Assembly (NCBI GenBank): GCA_964247055.1
Contig: OZ176057.1
Coordinates: 4,960,001-5,024,000 of the forward strand
Direction: 5' to 3'
Origin: Paragordius varius
Taxonomy: Eukaryota; Animalia; Nematomorpha
Length of the DNA stretch: 64,000 nucleotides
Shown: in pieces, positions 50,400-60,100 of the stretch
Layout of the letters: every line of letters starts with the position of its first letter
How positions within the stretch are numbered: the stretch's first letter is position 1
The notes under the pieces: generated by a model
Database searches by the model: none
What the model was told of the DNA's origin: nothing
The model's input: only the letters and a program-made list of their open reading frames with translations
Program-made: the position numbers and the translations under genes

Positions 50400-53325
50400 G
50401 GTTTACTGTTAATATTACAAAATTATTGTTTAAAATCTTTTATAACATACAAATAGATCAAATTTCAAAAAAAACGCCGAATAAAAACGGATATGTAATC
50501 ATTCATAAAAAAGATTAAATCTTAAAAAATATACTTTAAACTCAAAAAAATATATTTTAAAACTCAAAAAAATATATTTGAAAACTCAAAAAAAAGACAA
50601 TAATACCTACATACCTCCTTTATAGGGTACATCAAAATCATTACTGTTGATATTTTTACCAATATCCCTGGTGTTATTATTGTTTATATCTACAGCATTT
50701 AAAACAACAATTTTATTAACATCATCATTAGAATTTTCAATTGTTTCCACAATTGGTTCCAACACTTTTTGTGGTTCCGTAAAATCAAAATCATTGGAGA
50801 TGGCAGTTTTTTTAGACCGGCTTTTATAACGTATTCCAATATTGTTTTTAGATCCTTGATTAACGTTATCAATATTGTATAAAAGGCAGTCAGGTTTATG
50901 TAAGTAAAGAGCATTATTATTAATCTTTTGATTATGTTGTGTGCTATTAATTAATTCCATTTCGAGCAATAAAGAATCTTGAATTTCTTCTGAACTTTCT
51001 ATAAAATGTTCCCAGGCCTAGAGATAAAATGTAAAAAAAATGGATATATATATATATATACCATTTACAATTCAAATTCACACCCTTGAACAATTCAAAT
51101 TCACCCTTAAACAATTCAAATTCACACCCTTGAACAATTCAAATTGACCCTCGAACAATTCAAATCCACCCTTAAACAAATCAAATTTACCATCTTAAAC
51201 AATTCAAATTCACCCTAAAACAATTCAAATTCACACTTATACAATTCAAATATACCCTTGAACAATTCAAATTCACCCTCAAACAATTCAAATTCACCCT
51301 CAAACAATTCAAATTCACCCTCAAACAATTCAAATTCACCCTCAACCAGTTCAAATTCACCCTTGAACAATTCAAATTCACCCTCAAACAGTTCAAATTC
51401 ACCCTTGAACAATTCAAATTCACCCTCGAACGGTTCAAATTCACCCTTGAAAAATTCAAATTCACCCTCGAACAATTCAAATTCACCCTCAAACAATTCA
51501 AATTCACCACCTTAAACAATTCAAATTCACCCTCGAACAATTCAAATTCACTCTCGAACAAATCAAATTCACCCTAAAATAATTCAAAATCACCCTTGAA
51601 CAAATCAAATTCACCCTTAAACAATTCAAATTCACCCTCAAATAAATAACATGTTTTTAAGATTAAAAATTACCTATATTTTGGTATTCATTTAAAAAAT
51701 ATAATTTTGTTTTAAAAAATAATATTGAAAAAATAATAAATTATGACATAAAGATATATTATATATTAATAATGAGTTATATTAATTCGAAAACACATAA
51801 TTTATTTTTAAGGTAAATTTGTGTTCGATGGTGAATTTGAATCGTTCAATGGTGAATTTGAATTGTTCAAGGGTAAATTTTAACTGTAAATGGTATATAT
51901 TAAATTAATAGGGGGTTATTGGGGGTTTATGGTTAAAAGATTGGTCTAAATACTAAAAAAAGCGAGAAAAAAAACACTATTTTTCGGAAAATGATTATAT
52001 TTAAAACTTGGCAAAACAAAAGTTATTAAAGTTAAATGATTGATAAACTTTTTCAAATAATAAATAAAGTATAGTTTTAGAATTTTAATAAACCCCGTTT
52101 TAAAACTAGTTCCTAAAATCGGTATTTAATAAATAGTATTTCGCTTATATACCATTTAGCCATCAAATTCATCCTTGAACAATTCAAATTGGTCCCAAAA
52201 AATATTATGTGTTTTTTTTAAAAATATTAAAAATTACTTATATTTTTTTAACAAAATGAATTTTTGTTTAAAATTAAAATAATGCATAAAGCCATATAGA
52301 TATTTAAATTATATTAATAATGTATTATATTAGCCTCCAGGAAAACATATACATAAATTTTTAAGGTTTTGAAAATAGTTCAAGGGTAAATTTAAATAGC
52401 AAATGCTATACATTAGGTCAAATGTTTCAAAGTTTAATGAACAAATATTCTCCTATAAATAATTTTTGAAATATTACAGAAAGTAAAAACTGAAATTATA
52501 AAAACATAGAGACAAATATATTTTTCAAAAAGACAACCATTTTTTTTAAATTATTCTTATATGATATATTTACAATTCATAATTTATAAAATTGATTGTG
52601 TTACCAATATACATCTCTATTTTATACTTTGTTGATTTAAAACAATGAGTTATATTTAAAATAAATAATCAAGATTTAAAAAGTATGGTTGGTTGTCTTT
52701 TAGAAAAAATATTTGTCTTTATATTTTTACATTTTGTCCCCTTATAATTTCAATTTTTACTGTACTTTTTAAAAATAAAAAAAAAGTATATAAATCCGTA
52801 TAACACTTAATTACATATTTCACGATTGTTGTAATTAAAAACAGTAAAAATAAAAAAATATACGGGCAAAACGTAAAATATACAGACAAATATATATTGT
52901 AATATTATAATACCATACTTTTTAAATTTTGATATATTTTTAAAGATAACTCAATTGTTTTGAACTCCAAAATATAAAACAAAGATACATATTGATAACA
53001 CAATCAATTACATATTTTACGATTGTTATTAAATGATTTTTATAAGATATTTATTAACGTTAAAAAATATATGGGGTTGTATTTTACCAACAATGCTTGT
53101 TTTCATATTTTTACGTTTTGTCCGTATAATTTTATTTTTACTGTAGTTTATTAATAAAAATTAAGTTTTAAACTGGGGTCGGTTGTCTAAAAACTAAAAA
53201 TTTGTCGTTTTGTGTTTGTTTTGTCTATAGTAAAATTTTAATTACTAATGTCAAATATATAGTTTTGAAAAGACAACCTAACCATACTTTTTTAACCGTT
53301 AATTTGATATTTCTTAAGTCCCTAT

Positions 53326-53373
<48 letters not shown>

Positions 53374-54412
53374 ATATGCTTGTCCTTTTTTAAAAATATA
53401 TATATATTTAGTTCTATAAATTTTTTCTGTATAATTTCAATTTTTACGGTATGTTTTTTTATAAAAATTTTTCTAAAAAGTGTAAAAATGTTTATTATGT
53501 TCCTATTTTAATTAATACAAATCAAGGTAGGTCATTCCTAACCTTGCTATTGCGAAATAAAAATGTTAATTATAAAATTTTATACCTAATTTTATTGGAA
53601 ACACAACTTTTTATAATTAAAAATATTAATAAACTTGTTGAAACACCATTTTAAATATCAACAATTAGTATATATTGAAAAAACAATTTTGACCTTGTTT
53701 TTCCAAATGGAAAAATATTGCAGTGTAAAAAAATCTAAAAAAAGTGGTTAAAAATCATTTTTTTGAATAAAAAACTAATTGGTAAAACACCAAACTTATT
53801 AAACCTAAGAGTTTTCGAAGAAAAAAAACCACATTCTTATATAAAATTAAAGTTTTAAATTAAAAATACCTTAAAATTTTATAGGTGTGAAAAGAATGCA
53901 GTCAATGTGCCCTAAAAATGTCTGAAAGGCCGAAATTAAAAAAACCTTTTTTTAAACCCATTTTTAACAAAAAATAAAACACAAACTTTTTTTCTTTTTT
54001 TACCTTATTGTTCTAAGCCCACTAGAAACCCTATATTTTAGAAAAAAACAGCTGATTATTTAACTTTAACAAACTTTTCAAATAAACCATAAAATAAAAT
54101 TCAAGTTTTTTTTAAATAAAAATACCTTAAAATTTTCCAGGTGTGAAAATAGGGCAGTAAAAGCCGAATAAGTTTGAAAGATGAAATCATTTATATCCAA
54201 TTCCTCGTGTTGGTTAAGATCGTGATCAGCTGTTGATATTAGCGAGGAATTATCAGCTGTTTTAGATGCTGTACCCTTTTCCGTTTGGTTTGCAATGGCG
54301 GCCTCATGGAATTTGGAACTGAGTTGAATCAAATACTTATCTGTAAAAAACACAGATTTAAAACAATAATTAGTAAATTTTAATTAAAACAAATAAAAAA
54401 TCTAAAAGACTG

Positions 54413-54444
<32 letters not shown>

Positions 54445-57058
54445 AATAAATAAAATAAAAATAATAAATTTATTTTAATTGTTTTTAAGCTGGGGTTTCC
54501 AACAGGTGGCCCGCGAACTTAAAAATCCTAATTAAGAAAAAGTATATTATTTATAAAATCTCATTTCAAAAAGAAAATTTGAACAAAATAGCAAAGTTTT
54601 TCAAAATAAATGGTAGTTATATGGTATTAAAAAATTTAATCTCATGTTTGAAATCGCTTAAATATTTTTAATCATATTTTTTGCGCGACCCGTCTATTTT
54701 TTGAGTATAAATAAAAATACGGCTAACGAAACCATTTGTGTTAAATTTATATATAGGGGACAAAATAAAATATAAGACTAATTTTTAGAAGACAGAAATC
54801 ACCATACTTTTTCAGACCTTAATTATTCCTATAAAAGCTATTTGATTTTAATTGTAAAATATAGAATTGATTGTGTTACCTTACATCTCCAGTTCATATT
54901 TTACAGTTTAAAACAATCACTTATATTTAAAATAATCAAGTTAAGAGGGTATAGTTGATTGTCTTTTAAAACATAAAATTGTTTAATTTTTACGTTTTGT
55001 CCGTATATATTCAGTTTTACTGTATGTATTTAACAATTTTAAATAAAATTGGAAAATTAAGTTTTAAAAAGTATGGGGTTGTCTTTGGAAAAAAATTTTA
55101 TATTACGTTTTGTCCGTAGTAAAATTTCAATTTTTAGTGTAATTATTTTTATTGGAATTATTTCCTGGAATAGAAAAAACCATTACAATATATTCCATTT
55201 CCTCCTCAAAAAAAATTCTCAAACATTAATATTTTTAAATTGTTTTTCCATATTTTATTTAATTAATAAAAAAATTGTATTTTTATAAGAAAGAGAGAAA
55301 TAGCCATCCTATTTAATAAATTAAAACAATCTGAACAAAAATCAAATCAAATTTTTTACCCAAAAAAACTTGACATAAAATCGTTTTTAGCGACAAAAAA
55401 TTATAAAATCGGAGAATCGAAAAATGGAAATTAATGATGTTTAAATATGTTTAAACTTTTTATTACTAAATAAACTAACGATTTTTCTTAAAACGTAAAA
55501 ATAAACCTTTCTAGACCAATTTTTTTAAAACTAAGACCAGATTTTGCCTAAAAAGTTTTAAATACAGTATGCATTTTAATGGTTGCTTATTTCACATACT
55601 ATAGAATAGCTGTTGGATAATTTGCAACATTACAGTAGTGTATGGAAAAAAAGAAAGGGAATAATTGTTTTTTCAACATTTTGTTGTTTTTTCCCATACA
55701 CTACTGTGTAAATTGCCCTACTATAGTATATGTGAAATATAAGCAACCAACCATTAAAATGCATAATACTGTATATCAATAATAAGTTATATATATATAT
55801 ATATATATATAGATTACAATTAAATATTTTTAAAAACTTGAAAGTAATAATTCTTGTTTTATATAATTTTTTAAATAATATTTTGAATAATTTTAGGTAT
55901 TGATAAATCCATTTTATGTTAGTATACCATTTACAGTTCAAATTCACCCTTGAACAATTCAAATTCACCTTTGAAAAATTCACCCTAAAAATAAATTATG
56001 TGTTTTCGATCTAATATAACTCATTATTATTATCAAATATATGTTTATGGTATAGTTTATTAATTTTTCAGTATTATTTTAATTTAAAACAATATTTTTC
56101 TTTTTTTAAAAAACATATATTTTATTTGAGGGTGAAATTGAATTGTTTAAGGGTGAATTTAAATTGTTCAAGTGTGAATTTAAATTGTTTAAGGGTGAAA
56201 TTGAATTGTTTAAGGGTGAATTTAAATTGTTTAAGGGTAAAATTGTATTGTTTAAGGGCGAATTTGAATTGTTCAAGTGTGAATTTAAATTGTTTAAGGG
56301 TGAATTTAGATTGTTCAAGTTTGAATTTAAATTCTTTAAGGGTAAAATTGAATTGTTTAAGAGTGAAATTGAATTGTTTAAGGGTGAATTTGAATTGTTC
56401 GAGGGTGAATTTAAATTGTTCAAGTGTGAATTCAAATTGTTTAAGGGTGAAATTAAATTGTAAATGGTATATATGAAGCAAATTAAAATGTACTATTTTC
56501 ACATATTCGTTGACGTCTTTTAGAAGCCCTCTCCCCTAATCTAGCATACCGATCAGATAAAAAATTTTGAGGTCTCAGCTTTTCCAACTTTTTCGTGGTG
56601 GCGCTTTGAGTTCTTTTAGATCTCAATTGAATTATTCTAATGCTTTCTACTGATTCCGTTTCTGACAAATACATCATGTCTTCGGCGTGACTAAATATGA
56701 TAAAAAAGAAATAAATGTTAAAACAAGATATTTTCAAACTATTTATAAAAAAATTGTAAGTAAAAATGAAAATAATTTGTGATTATCTTGGATTTTTGCT
56801 GATATAAACTAAATGATTAATTACAAATGAAATATGTAAAGAGTATATTAGCAAATTACACTTTCCTTAATCTTGCAACAAAATGAGGGAAAAAAATAAT
56901 TATTAAAACGTAGTCCTTATTAAAAATATAAATTCTATAACATTTTGTCATTTTTAAATGAAATTTTTTTAAAAAATATTTTTTAAAAAGGGTACTTACT
57001 TTGAACTTTCATCGCTAAAATCTTGCGTAGTTATTGATAATTCTTTCAAAATACCCAT
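44824..57058 (-). CDS. R3HDM4: R3H domain-containing protein 4-like, 8 exons: 57058-57000, 56690-56494, 54340-54126, 51017-50615, 48995-48819, 47910-47825, 46227-46086, 44948-44824; ~467 aa
   Basis: R3H-associated segment GERASKRRQRICENNKYLIQL and AFTALFSHLENFK|AWEHFIESSEEIQDSLL. R3H region NIRAMLNRKQIPL|ERLYELEREIRQFF..NPYIRLLAHGLCKYLGLISK|S..TIVENK..FRPPVIFLSQLL. Phases are compatible (1404 nt = 468 codons). Confidence 0.82.
45284..45343. repeat. (TA)n microsatellite, the longest of many in the window
   Basis: About 30 TA units. Similar tracts near 13075, 14990, 23766, 50092 and 53330, often flanking MITE ends. Confidence 0.9.
45850..46035. repeat. Direct duplication of ~95 bp in R3HDM4 intron 7
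   Basis: ATAATAAGGAAAGAATAAATATTTT..ATAAATATCCAAAAAATCAAACAATTT occurs twice. Confidence 0.8.
46277..46784. mobile_element. MITE family A with expanded left 21-bp array
   Basis: Termini intact; about 10 repeat units in the left arm. Confidence 0.8.
46803..47077. mobile_element. MITE family B
   Basis: TA|CAGCAAAA ... TTTTACTG|TA with the family core. Confidence 0.75.
47563..47809. mobile_element. MITE family A
   Basis: TA|CCATTAAC ... GTAAATGG|TA; another copy at ~47140-47393. Confidence 0.78.
48143..48385. mobile_element. MITE family A nested in a family B copy (~48040-48570)
   Basis: Family-B left arm, then TA|CCATTTACAG..., then the family-B centre and right arm. Confidence 0.75.
49046..50091. 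mobile_element. MITE family A interrupted by a hAT-like insert
   Basis: Left arm and core 49046-49367; remainder of the right arm 50044-50091 ending GTAAATGG|TA. Confidence 0.8.
49368..50043. mobile_element. Non-autonomous hAT-like element with a perfect 8-bp TSD
   Basis: TTAAAAAT at 49360-49367 and 50044-50051. Ends TAGGGTTG / rc TAGGTTCA. Subterminal palindromic GACCATGGTC motifs at both ends. Confidence 0.8.
51061..51893. mobile_element. MITE family A with ~26-27 copies of the 21-bp unit GAACAATTCAAATTCACCCTT in the left arm
   Basis: TA|CCATTTAC start, array to ~51630, standard core, short right arm ending GTAAATGG|TA. Confidence 0.9.
52152..52406. mobile_element. MITE family A (diverged)
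   Basis: TA|CCATTTAG ... AAATGC|TA. Confidence 0.7.
52481..52762. mobile_element. MITE family B
   Basis: Family arms; ends CAATTTTTACTG|TA. Confidence 0.8.
52842..53143. mobile_element. MITE family B
   Basis: CAGTAAAAAT ... TTTTGTCCGTATAATTTTATTTTTACTG|TA. Confidence 0.82.
55565..55772. mobile_element. MITE family C
   Basis: TA|CAGTATGCATTTTAATGGTTGCTTATTTCAC ... CCATTAAAATGCATAATACTG|TA. Confidence 0.85.
55927..56467. mobile_element. MITE family A with ~16 21-bp units in the right arm
   Basis: TA|CCATTTACAG ... array 56130-56460 ... GTAAATGG|TA. Confidence 0.9.
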
Positions 57059-57143
57059 TTTTGAATGCGATTAGGTCAAATGAAGTCCGCTAAAATTTGC
57101 CAACAAAGATAATTTTAAAATCAGATGTCCAAATGAATGTTTA
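57059..57143. promoter_or_regulatory. Putative bidirectional promoter / shared 5' region of R3HDM4-like and GTF2B
   Basis: The divergent start codons are only 85 nt apart. Inferred from geometry; no TSS data. Confidence 0.55.
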
Positions 57144-60100
57144 ATGGATTCAGCTGTGAGGCGTAATAAACGGTATGTAATTTTTTTATTTTAAATTTGC
57201 GTTTTCTTTTCAAATTTATGGTTTTTTTATCCCAATTAAAGCATTTTTAGGCGTAATCGACAAAATCAAAAAAGTTTAGTTCAATTTCAAACTTGTATGA
57301 ACGATTTTTTAATTAGTTTTTACAAATAAACCCTATACTTTCATAACTTTTTACTTTAAGTTCTTTATTTTTATATTTTATAAGCTTTAATTACTTTTAT
57401 ATCTAATTTCAATCCTTTTTAATGATTTTAGTATAAAATTATACATTTCGAATAATTTACTTTTAAAAATCCCTTATAACTTATCTTAAATAACTATAAC
57501 AATTTTAAACTTTTTTGATACTTTAAGAATCAAGAAGAATGTTTTATCTTGTCAATATCACCCCGAAGCGCATTTAGTTGAAGATTATAGGGCTGGTGAT
57601 ATGGTTTGTTCTGAATGTGGTTTGGTTGTGGGCGACAGGTTTTTTTTAAATTTATATTTTATAATTTTTGAATTCTTTAAAACAAGAAAAAATTTAGAGT
57701 TAAAAGTTAAATATTAAAGTAAATTTTTTTCATTTCCAGATACTTTTCTAAATAAATTAAAATTAATTTTTTATTTAATACTATATTAATATTTTATTTA
57801 TTCAAATAATATATATATATATATATTATTTACAGTTCAAGTTCACCCTTTAACAATTCAAATTCGCCCTTGAACAATTTAAATTTACCCTAAAAATAAT
57901 TTATGTGTTTTACGGACAGCTAATATAACTCTTCATTAATATGAAATATATCTTTATGGCATAGTTTATTATTTATTCAGTATTATTAAAATTTGAAAGA
58001 ATACTTTATTTTTCAAAAATATATAAAAAGATAGCTAATTTTTAATCCTAAAAAACACATATTTTATTTGATGGTGAATTTGAATTTTTTAAGGGTGAAT
58101 ATGAATTGCTCAAGGGTGAATTTGAATTTGAAGGATAATGAATTGTTTAAGGGTGAATTTGAATTGTTCAAGGGTAAATTTGAATTGTTTAAGGGTGAAT
58201 TTGAATTGTTTAAGGGTGAATTTTTGTTTAAGGGGGGTGAATTTGAATAGTTTAAGGGTGAATTTAAATAGTTTAAGGGTAAATTTGAATAGTTAAAGGG
58301 TGAATTTGAATTGTTTAAGGGTGAATTTTCATATATTTAGAATAGTAGATGTAGGAAGTGAATGGAGATCTTTCAATAATGAAAAGGGTTCAACCGATAA
58401 TTCACGTGTTGGAGATGCTGAAGTATAATTTTATTTGGATTTTTTATTTTTGTTTTAATTTTTTTTGAATATTAAAAAAAATTAATTAAATTTCAAAATT
58501 AAAAAAAGTTGAGGATTTTGGGTTATTTACTCCTTGATTTTTGTTTAAAATTGTGTTTAAAACGGTAAAATTTGAAGAAATAAAATATATATACGTAAAA
58601 ATATAAAGACAAATATTCTTTTCTAGAGACATCCCCCCCTTAAATTTTTTTAAACCTTAATTTTTATCCTACATATAGCTATTTAATTACAATCGAAAAA
58701 TTCATATCTGATTGTTTAATTTAGATTCCTATTTTCTTCTTTGCAGTTTATAAAACAATGTGTTAATTATATTGAAAGGAAAGGTATTAAAAAGTATGGT
58801 TGGTTGTCTTTTAGAGCAAAAAAATATATTTGTCTTTTTATTGTTACGTTTTTCCGTATAGTTTATCAAAGTATTTTTTTATTCAAATAGCCAATAATAA
58901 TTGATAATTTTAAAACATTTTAAATAAATTAATATTGTAATTTGAAAAAATTAATGAAAATAATTCTCATTTTTTTTCTTTATTTAGATTTAAACTCATA
59001 AATATAGATGTAAAAATATAAATTTAATTAAACTTTTTTCCCCTTCAAAACAGAAAAATAGATAATAAATGTTTTTATCGCGGTATTAACCTTATAAAAA
59101 AACTAAAATACTTCCATGAAAATGGCGTTATTAAGTTTTTTATATTTTCAAATTTACCCTTGAACAATTCAAATATCCTTAAACAATTTAATATCATCCC
59201 AAAAATATATTATGTGTGTTTGTTTTTTGGGGTAAAAAATTACTTATATTTTTTTCAATATTTTTAACAAAATGAAATTTTGTTTAAAATTAAAATAATA
59301 TAGCATAAAATAATGATATACTATAAACATATATTTCATATTAATGATTAGTTATAATAGCCCGAAAACATATATTTTATTTTTAGGGTAAATTTGAAAT
59401 GTTCAAGGGTAAATTTGAATTGTTTAAGGGTGAATTCGAAATGTTCAAGGGTGAATTTGAAATGTTCAAGGGGGAATTTTGTTAGCAATATTTATTTAGA
59501 TATAAAATCATCTTTTCGAATACAAATTTTACAAATTTAACATTTCATCCTATATATTGTCATTTAACGAAAAATATACATTTTTAAACACATTTAATAT
59601 CTTTTTTTTTCAAACAAAATTCAACTCAAAATTCCAAAAAAACTTTTTAATTTTATTTCTTTTTTATTTTAACTTTTTTGCATTTTATTTTTTTAAATTT
59701 TTTTTACTTTTTTTTCGATAAAGACTTTACTATAAAAGTCGAAAAATATATATTTTTTATATTTGTACGCATTTCAGCTTAATTTTTTTAATAAATTTAT
59801 TATTTCTTACTTTTATTTTTGCATAGAATCCTTTGTTGGAGGGCGGGAATTTATCAACGCAAATTAGTATGAACGGGTTTAAGGGCAAAAATACGGCGCT
59901 TGCAAGCTCCTACATTGCGGGCGGGAATCAAATTTCACGGAACGTAAACTCAGGTGATCGCGTTCTTATTCATGCTTTCCGTGAAATCCGTACCATGGCA
60001 GATCGTATAAACCTACCCATCTCGATTGTGGTAATAATGAAAAGCTTTTACTTTTTATTAAAGTTTTTAAAATGCCTTAAACTTTGGTTGAGTTAATTTT

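Noticed and set aside
51187-51561. ORFs with repeated FEGEFEL / RVNLNCS / NNSNSPL / EQFKFTL peptides (also 56106-56502, 58068-58250, 63428-63839)
   Set aside because: They are translations of the 21-bp MITE arm repeat, which is stop-free in four of six frames. They lie inside introns and have no splice or homology support.
51061-51630. CRISPR-like regular repeat array
   Set aside because: The units are contiguous with no unique spacers, the context is a eukaryotic intron, and no cas genes are present.
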